DNA of 64,000 nucleotides, from IMG/VR virus record IMGVR_UViG_3300030107_002332; one strand, given 5' to 3'. This stretch comes from a virus. The notes below the pieces were generated by a model. It searched no databases, was not told the origin of the DNA, and saw only the letters and a program-made list of their open reading frames with translations. Of the stretch, positions 37,131 to 45,977 are shown piece by piece. The stretch's first letter is position 1. The number at the start of each line of letters is the position of its first letter. Made by a program: the position numbers and the translations under genes.

Positions 37131-37721
37131 TTATGCGTTAATATTTTCTAACCATGATGTAGCAATGTACTTTTCTCCTGAGAGTGGTGGATTGCCTCTA
37201 TGAGTATGAGTGAATCCTCCTGGCCAAATTAATACTTGTCCTCTCTTAGGTTGGAACCGTTTTGATTGATATAGAAATTCAGTTTCTCCACCATCAGTAA
37301 CAGTGTTTAGGTACATCATCGTTGCTAATATGCGACGATTACATCCCACACTACCATCTTCTGAATGCCAAGAGTGATACCCCTCTTGTGGTAGAGTTCT
37401 CTGTACATTTAAGTATACCTGTTGGTAACGAAAATGAATCATTTGTTCAAACTTATTGACATAATCTTCTAAGCATGCACCAATAATTTGATTGTATTGC
37501 TGCATATAAAGATAACCGCAGTTATGATCTACCATGAAATCTTCTGTAGCAAGACAGGTATCTTTTCTGGTATGAGGTTTTCTCTCCTTACCAAAGATGC
37601 CTCTCCTTTTAAAAGTAGCACCTACCTTATCTTGATACTTCCAATATTCAATCAATGGATCACAGTCATATTCAGTATCATAGATACCGATAAACCCTTC
37701 ATAGTTTATGTCAGTAATCAT
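37131..37721 (-). CDS. 2OG-Fe(II) oxygenase
   Basis: WHSE, YLN...GGETEF, THTHRG...KY; own TAAATA at 37742-37747. Confidence 0.85.
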   Translation of the reverse strand: MITDINYEGFIGIYDTEYDCDPLIEYWKYQDKVGATFKRRGIFGKERKPHTRKDTCLATEDFMVDHNCGYLYMQQYNQIIGACLEDYVNKFEQMIHFRYQQVYLNVQRTLPQEGYHSWHSEDGSVGCNRRILATMMYLNTVTDGGETEFLYQSKRFQPKRGQVLIWPGGFTHTHRGNPPLSGEKYIATSWLENINA

Positions 37722-37740
37722 AGCAAAGTCATAATTTTAA

Positions 37741-38640
37741 CTATTTAGTCACGTACCCAATGACCCCATCTATCTCTATTTCAGGTGGAACAATTAGTAC
37801 AAAACCAATACCCATATTAAATACTCTTCTCATTTCTTCCTCTTCTATCTCACCTGCTTCTTTTATCTTATTAAAGATCTCTGGCCTCTCCCAAGAAGTC
37901 CAATCAATATTAGCCTTTAATCCTTCAGGTAATATACGTGGAACATTCTCAATCAATCCACCACCTGTGATATGTGCCATACCTACAATAGGTATCTCAT
38001 CCAGTAGATCTTTAACCTGTGGCCAATAGATTGTAGTTGGTGTAAGTAACTCAGGAGTATCCTTATAATAAATCTTATGTCTCCATAACATATCATTGAT
38101 AAGACTGTATCCATTACTATGCAGTCCACTACTGGGTAATCCTACTATCTTATCACCTTCTTTAATTAGACTACCATTAATAATTTCATTCTGTTCTACA
38201 ACACCTGTACAAAATCCTGCAAGATCATAGTCTTTAGCAAACCTACCATGTTCAGCAGTCTCACCACCTAAGAGATGTACCATTGCCAGATCACATCCCT
38301 TGATAATACCTTCCATTATCTGATCTGCTTTATCATCTAACTTCTCACAAGAAATATAATCTAAGAAGTATAATGGATGTGCTCCACAACAAATCACATC
38401 ATTAACACACATAGCAACAAGATCTATACCAATGGTTGTCCAATCATTGAACACCTGTGCCATATTAATTTTAGTACCTACACCATCAGTACCAGAAACT
38501 AATACAGGTTTCTCATAACCAGATGGTAATGGTATCATTCCATTAAACCCACCAATGTGAGGAAGTTTTGATTTTAATCTTTGAACAAATGCATTACCAG
38601 CATCTATATCAACACCAGAGTCTTTATAATTCATAATCAA
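37741..38640 (-). CDS. purM: Phosphoribosylformylglycinamidine cyclo-ligase (AIR synthase)
   Basis: YKDSGVDI, GTDGVGTK, GGETAEH, SSGLHSNG, HITGGG, FNMGIG. Confidence 0.95.
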   Translation of the reverse strand: MIMNYKDSGVDIDAGNAFVQRLKSKLPHIGGFNGMIPLPSGYEKPVLVSGTDGVGTKINMAQVFNDWTTIGIDLVAMCVNDVICCGAHPLYFLDYISCEKLDDKADQIMEGIIKGCDLAMVHLLGGETAEHGRFAKDYDLAGFCTGVVEQNEIINGSLIKEGDKIVGLPSSGLHSNGYSLINDMLWRHKIYYKDTPELLTPTTIYWPQVKDLLDEIPIVGMAHITGGGLIENVPRILPEGLKANIDWTSWERPEIFNKIKEAGEIEEEEMRRVFNMGIGFVLIVPPEIEIDGVIGYVTK

Positions 38641-38849
38641 TCAGTTATTCCATATTTTGTTAGATCATACTTAGGTAACCTTAATGGTTCATGTTCCACT
38701 TTGGGTGGTTTACCTATTATATCCTCAACATCAGATACTATCTTCTTCTTAGAGATATGATATGGTGTTGGTGCATTTTGTAAGCACACTTGTAAACACA
38801 GTAGTTGCTCATCAGTGAATGTAAAGGTATGATCAGGCATGAACTGCAC
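38637..38849 (-). CDS. Small hypothetical protein
   Basis: 70 aa, ATGA-coupled to purM. Confidence 0.65.
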   Translation of the reverse strand: MQFMPDHTFTFTDEQLLCLQVCLQNAPTPYHISKKKIVSDVEDIIGKPPKVEHEPLRLPKYDLTKYGITD

Positions 38850-39033
38850 AAGAAGAATGAGGATCCCAACAATCAGGACATTCCATTTCCGTCTGATAGT
38901 TTTCTAACTTATGGATTAAATCATCCATCTGTCTATCAAAATAATCAGCACCTTTTTTCTTGTGGTCAATACGTTCCTTTCTCCATTGACATGTCCATAT
39001 CAATCTTTGGATATCACGTTCGTTAAATTGCAT
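38833..39033 (-). CDS. Small hypothetical protein with CPxC motif
   Basis: 66 aa directly downstream of the tRNA. Confidence 0.65.
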   Translation of the reverse strand: MQFNERDIQRLIWTCQWRKERIDHKKKGADYFDRQMDDLIHKLENYQTEMECPDCWDPHSSCAVHA

Positions 39034-39072
39034 TAGAGGATATAATCATAATAAGATATATAGTATTTTAAA

Positions 39073-39160
39073 CTGTGAGGGATGGAGTCGAACCATCAAG
39101 TCCCGCAAGCAGAACAGCAGGGAAACAGCCTGCCACGTTTACCAGTTTCGTCACCTCACA
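39073..39160 (-). tRNA. Atypical 88-nt tRNA, anticodon GUU (Asn), long class II variable arm, U37, no encoded CCA
   Basis: Acceptor TGTGAGG/CCTCACA + G73; D arm ACG/CGT with GG; anticodon stem GCAGG/CCTGC, loop CT-GTT-TC (GTT at 39126-39124); V arm GTTCTG/CGGGAC; T arm GATGG-TTCGACT-CCATC. Confidence 0.9.
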
Positions 39161-39168
39161 TTGAAGCC

Positions 39169-39966
39169 CTATTTAAGGGCTGAGATTATACGGGTCATTC
39201 CGATCCCTCCACCACTTCTGGGGAAGAAGTCAAAGTCAAGGAACTGTTCAAGTTCTTGCTCTACCCTACTTCTACCAAACTTGTCTATAATCAGTTGAGC
39301 ATAACCTCCATCTGATATAGTATAGAATGTATCACGCATTTGATCCTTGTCGGTACTCCTTTCAGCACTACCGATAGTTTCCATGCCACCTAATATAACG
39401 TCAATCTTTTTACTTGTCCCATCAGTATTTCTTGCCATATTCCAGAATGGTGATGTCCACTCAGGGAAGTCAGTAATCATACCTCTACCAATTTGTTTCT
39501 CATGATCATGGTCTATCTCCTTAGTCTTAAATGCCTCAGCCCATGATGCATATTTTTTAATGTTATATTCTTCCAATGGTACACCTAACCATTGACACAA
39601 TTCTATCTCCATTTCTTTTAGTTCTTCTACACCACCCTTCATTTCAAATTCAAACATGGGGAAGATAGTCTCATGTCTACCTGGTACAGGATTTGGTTCT
39701 GCTCTATAAGATGTAGAGACACAGAAAAACCCTTCTTCTGAAGGGTTAGAAAGTAATTCATGTTCAAGCCACATCTGACCTGTCTGTGGTAGTGGCCAGA
39801 TATTACCACCATAATTATAACTTGCTACGGTTTCTGGATCTTCACAAGCAGCAAGGATGCTTAATCTATTTTGTGTGTGAACTTCCAGAAAGTTTTTAGA
39901 CAAAAAAAACGACCTCAATAGGCCGACAGCATCTGAAAATTCTCTTGGATCAATCAAACTCGTCAT
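39169..39966 (-). CDS. Stand-alone class II aminoacyl-tRNA-synthetase catalytic domain (AsnRS/AspRS-like, no anticodon-binding domain)
   Basis: 265 aa from MTSLIDPREF; motif 2 STSYRAEPNPVPGRHETIFPMFEFE; ETIGSAER; motif 3 PRSGGGIGMTRI. Confidence 0.85.
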   Translation of the reverse strand: MTSLIDPREFSDAVGLLRSFFLSKNFLEVHTQNRLSILAACEDPETVASYNYGGNIWPLPQTGQMWLEHELLSNPSEEGFFCVSTSYRAEPNPVPGRHETIFPMFEFEMKGGVEELKEMEIELCQWLGVPLEEYNIKKYASWAEAFKTKEIDHDHEKQIGRGMITDFPEWTSPFWNMARNTDGTSKKIDVILGGMETIGSAERSTDKDQMRDTFYTISDGGYAQLIIDKFGRSRVEQELEQFLDFDFFPRSGGGIGMTRIISALK

Positions 39967-39986
39967 TATTTTTGGACAAACTAATC

Positions 39987-39992
39987 TATTTA
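39987..39992 (-). promoter_or_regulatory. Late promoter TAAATA for the synthetase-like gene and tRNA
   Basis: Between the g23 terminator and ATG 39966. Confidence 0.65.
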
Positions 39993-39994
39993 GC

Positions 39995-40024
39995 AAAAAA
40001 AAGAGACCCCTCTGGGGTCTCTTT
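39995..40024 (-). terminator. Rho-independent terminator of g23
   Basis: AAAGAGACCCC-3nt-GGGGTCTCTTT hairpin with poly-U on minus strand. Confidence 0.85.
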
Positions 40025-40043
40025 GAAGTATGTATCCGAAGGA

Positions 40044-41444
40044 TCACATTAGGTTTGCAACCTGTACACGTCTGTAATACTTGTTAGTATTAGCAGTAAG
40101 TGCTCCAGAACCTTGGGTAAGACCTTGTGCGAAGGGGTTAGAAACCATTCCGTAACGAGTCTTGAAGCCAATTTTTGGTTGGAAGGTGTTAGGGTTGATC
40201 GCTCTGACTTGCTGTAGAGGAACGTAAGGACAGTAGAACAGTCCAGCGTCATATGCAGAAGTACCTTTGTAACCAGCAACATAGAAGTGCTTGTCACTAA
40301 CGTTAGCAGAGTATGGGTCAACGTATACCTTGATGCGTCCGTTAAGAGTACCAACAAGAGTTGAAGATGTATCGTCTACACCAGTCAATCCGTTGTTACC
40401 ATTAAGAGCAGGAGCGTAGTCAAGAACGCCAGCCATTCCAAGAGCAGATGCAACGTCTGCAGAGCAAATTAGAATGTTGCCCTTCCCGCGACGAGTTTGC
40501 TGCCCGATAGCGTTAGCATCTCTTTCGATCTGGAACAGAAGTCCTTTGAACTTCTCAACAGACCATCTACCATTACTGTCAACGTCAAGGTCAAATATAC
40601 CTGCGTCAGCAACGTTATTCTGAGCACCTTCTACTGCGTTAACATAGATCGTACGAACGACTTCTCTGTTAATTTCAGCAAGGATCTCAGTTGAGAGGAT
40701 GTTAGCTAACTCTTGCTCGGCATCAAGACCATGAATTGCTTTCAAGTCTTGAGCAAGCTCGATACTGTACTCAGCTTTTAGAGCACGTGACTTAGCAGTA
40801 ACCGTCACCTTCTCGATGGAGAATCCCATCTCTCTGAAGGCTGTGTTTACAGCACTGTCATCTAATGCTTCAGCAGTGGCTGTTGCCATACCTTCAGCAT
40901 CACCAGTCTTCTCGTAAGTACCAGCAGAACTGTCGTTAAGAACAGCAGGGTTAGCACCTTCTGCGTCGTTAACAGCACTTGATGATGCAGTTGGGTCATA
41001 CTTAGCAAGACCTGTTCCTGGACCACCTGAGAAACCTGCGTTAGGCTCGTTGAAGAATGCTTCTCTGAAGTCGGAAGAAGCAGGACTTCTCTCGTCTCCG
41101 TAAGCAGTTCTCATTGCAAAGATAAGTCCTGTTGGACCTGTCATTGGTTGAACGCCAGCAATATCATAGGCGATCAACATAGGCATTGAACGTCTGATTA
41201 GTGAGATCAGTACGGGGTCGAAACCAGCAACTGGACCAGTTGCGGTTGCACCAGCACCATATCCACCTGTGCCTACTGTTTGTAAAGTCTCATTAAGGAT
41301 CTGTCCTTCTTCGACTTGTGCTTTTTCTTGGTTCTCTAAGAGTTGTGCGACTACGCCTTTCTTATAAGAATCTTCTATCTCTGGAAGAGCATCGTGATTC
41401 AGAACGGGTGCCCACTTCTCTTGGAGTTGCTTAATATCAGCCAT
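40044..41444 (-). CDS. g23: Major capsid protein (gp23)
   Basis: AGVQPMTGPTGLIFAMR, SRALKAEYSIELAQDLKAIHGLDAE. Confidence 0.98.
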   Translation of the reverse strand: MADIKQLQEKWAPVLNHDALPEIEDSYKKGVVAQLLENQEKAQVEEGQILNETLQTVGTGGYGAGATATGPVAGFDPVLISLIRRSMPMLIAYDIAGVQPMTGPTGLIFAMRTAYGDERSPASSDFREAFFNEPNAGFSGGPGTGLAKYDPTASSSAVNDAEGANPAVLNDSSAGTYEKTGDAEGMATATAEALDDSAVNTAFREMGFSIEKVTVTAKSRALKAEYSIELAQDLKAIHGLDAEQELANILSTEILAEINREVVRTIYVNAVEGAQNNVADAGIFDLDVDSNGRWSVEKFKGLLFQIERDANAIGQQTRRGKGNILICSADVASALGMAGVLDYAPALNGNNGLTGVDDTSSTLVGTLNGRIKVYVDPYSANVSDKHFYVAGYKGTSAYDAGLFYCPYVPLQQVRAINPNTFQPKIGFKTRYGMVSNPFAQGLTQGSGALTANTNKYYRRVQVANLM

Positions 41445-41474
41445 TTTTCTCCGTTAAAAGTAGTTGTTTGTTAA

Positions 41475-42560
41475 TTATTTGTCAGACCAGCGAGAGATTG
41501 CCTCTACGTATTTACCCATAGGGCCACTTGCAGTGGTCTCTTCTACCAAAGGTGCAGATGCTTCTTCGGTGGGTTCAACTGCTGATGCAGTCTCGGCCTT
41601 CCTAGTGAAGTATGATTCCTTGATAGTTTCGACTTTACTTGTAAAGTCTTCTTCAGTTTCAAACTCAACACCCTCTGCAAGTTTAACTAGCTTCTCCTTT
41701 TCAGTCTCTGCTAATCCAACTGCAATTTCGTTCACGATTTCCATTTTTCTAAACTCACCAATGCGCTTGTTAAGGTCAACATTAGTGTCGATTTGTTCGT
41801 TGAGCTTCTTCTCCATATCATCTAGCTCTTCAGCCATACCGTCAAGTAGGTTGAATTTTTCTTCGGGAACGCTAAAGTTATGTTCCACAAAGAGTTCTTT
41901 TATACCGTTAAAGAATGACTCAGCCATCTCAGTCTTAATACCGTGCTCAATCTGGAGTTCGTTCTCTTTCATCCATGATTCAGCAGCATAAGATAGATAG
42001 TCATCTACTTTCTCGGCCAATTCTGATTTAACCTTATCGATCTCCTCTGTGAGAGCAGACTCGAAAGATTCTTGCATTACCTTAAGCTCGTCATTAACAC
42101 GAGAGGTAACTGCAGCCTCGAAGATTGTCTTCGCTTTGGATCTGAACTCTTCATTCAGTTCTTCACCAGCGACAAGAGCGTCAACATCTTCAGTAAAGTC
42201 GTATTCGGTTTGAGGGGTCTCTTCTTGGATAACTTCCTCGCTTTCGTTTTGTACGTCATCGAAAATTTTCCCAGATAGAGGTGCGCCAACATTAGCAGTC
42301 GAAGCGTCAGACGGCTTTGTCTTAATAGATTTGTCTCCTTCTACAGAAGTAGATCCAGCTGCTGATGCACCAAGGTTCTTAGTTCCTTTGGCACCTTCGC
42401 TTGACTTACTATCAGATCCACCGATAGCATTAAACTTTCCTTGGGAAGTATCTATTTTTTCTCCTGCTGTTGCGCCCTTTTTGATAGCGGTAACACCAGT
42501 AGCTGCGTCTTCGCTCACTTGCTCCATGTTATCTAGCTCTTTGTTAGAGGTGTCAGACAT
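41475..42560 (-). CDS. g22: Prohead core scaffold protein (gp22)
   Basis: KAKTIFEAAV, KVDDYLSY; TATAAATA at 42598-42605. Confidence 0.93.
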   Translation of the reverse strand: MSDTSNKELDNMEQVSEDAATGVTAIKKGATAGEKIDTSQGKFNAIGGSDSKSSEGAKGTKNLGASAAGSTSVEGDKSIKTKPSDASTANVGAPLSGKIFDDVQNESEEVIQEETPQTEYDFTEDVDALVAGEELNEEFRSKAKTIFEAAVTSRVNDELKVMQESFESALTEEIDKVKSELAEKVDDYLSYAAESWMKENELQIEHGIKTEMAESFFNGIKELFVEHNFSVPEEKFNLLDGMAEELDDMEKKLNEQIDTNVDLNKRIGEFRKMEIVNEIAVGLAETEKEKLVKLAEGVEFETEEDFTSKVETIKESYFTRKAETASAVEPTEEASAPLVEETTASGPMGKYVEAISRWSDK

Positions 42561-42597
42561 TTGTTTTAACTCCGAATACTGTGCTTTTGTCTACGAT

Positions 42598-42605
42598 TAT
42601 TTATA
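42598..42605 (-). promoter_or_regulatory. Late promoter TATAAATA
   Basis: Exact consensus upstream of g22. Confidence 0.8.
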
Positions 42606-42607
42606 AA

Positions 42608-43252
42608 TTACAAACTTCTCAAAAACTTATTGAACGCGGCAACCTTGCGTTCTTGGATATTTATGAGAGTTGCTTGGTCAATTTCTTGCTTAATTTCCGC
42701 TACAGCAGATTCTTTTAGCAATCCATTATCCCAAATCCATTCCTTTCCTTCCATGATTCCATCAACAAATGCGTCAGGAGCTGAAGGATCTGCTACTATA
42801 TCTGCAGCAGTTGCAAGCATAAAGTCATCTTGAACAACCTGTACTCCCTCTACTTTCTGTAGAGAACCCATACCTCTGGAAGAAACTCCCAACTGTATGC
42901 CTTCATCTAATAGGTTCTTAGCAATGTTGCCCATAGGTGTGTCAAGAATTTTGGCACGTCCTATAAAGTTATTACCTTCTCCTTTTAATGAGAGTATTTT
43001 ATGTGATACACGATCTAAATTAATAGATGGTCCATCTGGATGACCAAGTTCTCCGAGAGCACGACCTTTATTAATAGTGCTTTCTTCATACTTAGCAACC
43101 TCACGTTCTAGAGTTTTGAATGGATACTTGCGACCATTCTTGTTCTCTATCTCTGCCTGAAGAAAGACACCTTCAATAAAGTGTGACCTCTTGCCGTCCT
43201 TTTCCTCAGATAGAAATTTTACTTGAGTAATTTCTTCAGCTATCAGTCTCAT
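42608..43252 (-). CDS. g21: Prohead protease (gp21); start MRLIAEEI
   Basis: GELGHPDG, GVSSRGMGS, DIVADPSAPDAFV. Confidence 0.95.
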   Translation of the reverse strand: MRLIAEEITQVKFLSEEKDGKRSHFIEGVFLQAEIENKNGRKYPFKTLEREVAKYEESTINKGRALGELGHPDGPSINLDRVSHKILSLKGEGNNFIGRAKILDTPMGNIAKNLLDEGIQLGVSSRGMGSLQKVEGVQVVQDDFMLATAADIVADPSAPDAFVDGIMEGKEWIWDNGLLKESAVAEIKQEIDQATLINIQERKVAAFNKFLRSL

Positions 43253-43631
43253 CGGGTTCCTCCTCTTCGGGTTGTTCTTCGGTGGGTGTCTCAGCAGATG
43301 CTTCAATTTCAGGTTCTTCATCCTCAACGGAACTTGGAGTTCCTGGTGCCTCCTCTTCTGGAGGTGGCTCATGAGGCATTCTTTGAGCAGCAGGTTCAAC
43401 CTTTGGTTCTCCCTCTTCACCATCAGCGACGAGTTTGTCCTCCAGTTCATCAGCAGCAGCTTGAGCAGTTTGATCTAAATCAAAACCCATACGTGCAGCA
43501 AATTCAGCTTTCTTTTGCTGAATCAAATCATATGTAGTCGCAGCTAATGCGTCATTAGTAGCATCAATAGCACGAGATTTCTCGTCACTAAAAATGTGAT
43601 CTACGATTCCATTGGCTATTTCACTTGGCAT
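43236..43631 (-). CDS. Acidic prohead core protein (gp67/gp68-like position)
   Basis: Between g20 and g21; very acidic C-terminus; TAAATA upstream. Confidence 0.7.
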   Translation of the reverse strand: MPSEIANGIVDHIFSDEKSRAIDATNDALAATTYDLIQQKKAEFAARMGFDLDQTAQAAADELEDKLVADGEEGEPKVEPAAQRMPHEPPPEEEAPGTPSSVEDEEPEIEASAETPTEEQPEEEEPDETDS

Positions 43632-43659
43632 AATAATCCCACTTTTACTTATTTATTTA

Positions 43660-45273
43660 TTAAATTTCTCCTCTGCGTTGATCTGCGGAGGGCATTGTCC
43701 TTGATTGATCAGGTGTTGGTGCCATTCCTGGTGCCAATTGACCGTTACCACCAAGCATAGGATCTTGCATTGCTTCAAGTTCCGCAGCTGGATCAGCGAT
43801 CAATCCTTCTTCCATCTCTTTCTCAATCTGTTTATCCATCTCTTTGATCTCAGGATCCTGTTGTTTCAAGACCTGACGACGGATATAGTCAATGGAGAAA
43901 TACTTACCAACGTAAGGATCCATAGCATTAACTACGTTTAACCTTTCGTTGCGTATCTCAATCTCCTTGAGTTCAGTGAAGTAGTTATCAGCGATATAAT
44001 CAAACTGAATATGCTCCTTCATATCCTGCCAATCTTCCAAGGTAACAATACCCTTTAAGACTAATTGCGTCTTAAGAAGATCAGAGAATAATTCGGAGAA
44101 ACGTTTACGTAATCTTGCAACAAACTTCTGGAACTTAACTTCATCCCTTGTGATTTCAGCAGCACGACCAATGTTAAATGTAGTCTCTGTCTCTAATCTT
44201 GAGGAAGGAACATTTAATGCTTTGTATAATTTCTTCTGGAAGTACTTGACATCCTCAAGTTCTCCAAGATTTTGTCCACCTGGGAGCGTAGTGATCTCAG
44301 TTCCTCTACCACCTTCCCTTCTTGGTAGCCAGAAGTCCTCAAGCATCGACATGAACTTCTTGTCATCTTTAATTTCTCCTGTATTTGCATCGTATACAAG
44401 TTTATTCCTGTAACGACCCATTACTTCACGGAGGTATTGTTCCGCTTTATTCTTTGGAAGATTACCTACATCAATATAGAAAATTCTTCTTTCTGGTGCT
44501 CTTGATAATCTATAGATTACCAGAGAGTCCTCAATCATTCTTAGCTGATTGACTGCTTTAATTGCTTTATGTAAGTGTGATAATACTAGATTCTTATTAA
44601 GATCTTGTACACCTGAGTGACAATAGCAAATAGAATCAGGTGCAATTTTCATTCCCTGATTAGTACTATTCCTTAAACCCTTAGGATTGTAAAGGAAATA
44701 ATCTGCACTCTTCTGTGTTAACTGAGTGTTTAAATCTTGAGTACGTAACTGTTGAGGATTCTTTGCCTCATACTCAGTTACCTTACGGATCTTTCTTGGA
44801 TCAACATACCGTAGTTCTGTTAATCCTTTTCTTGGTTGCTTTGGATCAATTACTTTATGGAAAAATAATCTACCATCGACATACCAACGACGAAATATTT
44901 CATATGATCTGTTATCAAAATCAAGTAGTCGAAGAATTTCATCGAATTCTTCACGTATTAACTTCTTGATCTTTTCAGATGTTTTTAAGTTTGATAATTC
45001 TACAGAGACAGGAACGTCATCAAAGTTACCACAAATGGTTTCATTAACAACGTCATCAACAGCACTATCACATTCTGGGTTAAGAACCATCTCCCTATAT
45101 CGGGTGATTAGTTCATACTCATTACGTAACTGACCATCAAAATCAACAGAATAACCATAATATCCGCCACCAACAACAGGTTGCGAACCATCTAAGCTAT
45201 CCTTTTGAACAAAAGAAGGTCCCTTAGGAACCTTCTTTGCCCTCTCTAAACTAAATCCAAAGAGCTGCGACAT
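43660..45273 (-). CDS. g20: Portal vertex protein (gp20)
   Basis: IYRLSRAPERRIFYIDVGNLPK, EDFWLPRREGGRGTEI. Confidence 0.97.
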   Translation of the reverse strand: MSQLFGFSLERAKKVPKGPSFVQKDSLDGSQPVVGGGYYGYSVDFDGQLRNEYELITRYREMVLNPECDSAVDDVVNETICGNFDDVPVSVELSNLKTSEKIKKLIREEFDEILRLLDFDNRSYEIFRRWYVDGRLFFHKVIDPKQPRKGLTELRYVDPRKIRKVTEYEAKNPQQLRTQDLNTQLTQKSADYFLYNPKGLRNSTNQGMKIAPDSICYCHSGVQDLNKNLVLSHLHKAIKAVNQLRMIEDSLVIYRLSRAPERRIFYIDVGNLPKNKAEQYLREVMGRYRNKLVYDANTGEIKDDKKFMSMLEDFWLPRREGGRGTEITTLPGGQNLGELEDVKYFQKKLYKALNVPSSRLETETTFNIGRAAEITRDEVKFQKFVARLRKRFSELFSDLLKTQLVLKGIVTLEDWQDMKEHIQFDYIADNYFTELKEIEIRNERLNVVNAMDPYVGKYFSIDYIRRQVLKQQDPEIKEMDKQIEKEMEEGLIADPAAELEAMQDPMLGGNGQLAPGMAPTPDQSRTMPSADQRRGEI

Positions 45274-45324
45274 TCTATTAAAAAATTGGTCCTGACTTAT
45301 TTAGGTACTTTTTAAAACCCTATT

Positions 45325-45921
45325 TTATGATCCCTTCTCGTTCTTAGGAGGGATAGGAGTCCAGTATTGAGTCTGTAACTCAACAGTGAATTCTTCAATT
45401 GCATCATTATTTCCAAAGTCGAGATCTATTGCAGCAATACTTGATGGGAATACATTATAGAACTTGTATGACTTGATGACCTTATGAGCACCGCTTTCTT
45501 GATCATCTCTTGAAAGTTGATGAACTTCCATGTCTGCAAAGTAACCAGTCTTATCATCTGGTGAATGTAATCCTGATGCAGAAGTAAAGTTCTCATCATA
45601 CGCTTGGATTGCTTGTGCCCATTTTTCAAATGCGCTCCTTATCAAGAACTTAGAATCATTCTGAACTGTAATAGTCCAAGGTTCAAAGGTTCTATCTCCA
45701 GCAATCTTCAGTACCCTTCCTCGGAAAGGAACTTCAATAACACCAATTTGCGAAGCAGGTAGATTCGCTGCACGAATAGTAAACTTTGCTAAGTCTACTA
45801 ATCCACCTGACTGGCTAATAATCTCTCCTGGAAAGTTGATATCTACTTGGAATAGATTAGGGCGAGCAAAGTCCGCATTGACCTTACTCTTAAAGTTATC
45901 AATTGTTCCTCTAACTGCCAT
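45325..45921 (-). CDS. g19: Tail tube protein (gp19)
   Basis: ARPNLF, FRGRVLKIAGDRTFEPW, FPSSIAAIDL. Confidence 0.95.
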   Translation of the reverse strand: MAVRGTIDNFKSKVNADFARPNLFQVDINFPGEIISQSGGLVDLAKFTIRAANLPASQIGVIEVPFRGRVLKIAGDRTFEPWTITVQNDSKFLIRSAFEKWAQAIQAYDENFTSASGLHSPDDKTGYFADMEVHQLSRDDQESGAHKVIKSYKFYNVFPSSIAAIDLDFGNNDAIEEFTVELQTQYWTPIPPKNEKGS

Positions 45922-45977
45922 GATTGTTCCCAGAAATTCCGTGTGATATTATTTAGAATAATGAACTTTTTCAGCAT

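Noticed and set aside
39073-39160. Treating the tRNA as an ordinary tRNA-Asn or a pseudogene
   Set aside because: The long variable arm and U37 are incompatible with ordinary tRNA-Asn, while fully paired stems and intact D/T-loop consensus argue against decay.
39967-40047. Track's N-terminal extension of the synthetase-like ORF
   Set aside because: Runs through the g23 terminator and the late promoter; ATG 39966 is the plausible start.
41464-41991. 175-aa plus-strand ORF opposite g22 (and similar ones opposite g20, g18, g44)
   Set aside because: Ser/Phe-rich mirror of Glu/Lys codons; no independent signals.
43253-43450. Track's N-terminal extension of g21
   Set aside because: Overlaps the prohead core gene; the recognisable gp21 sequence starts at MRLIAEEI.
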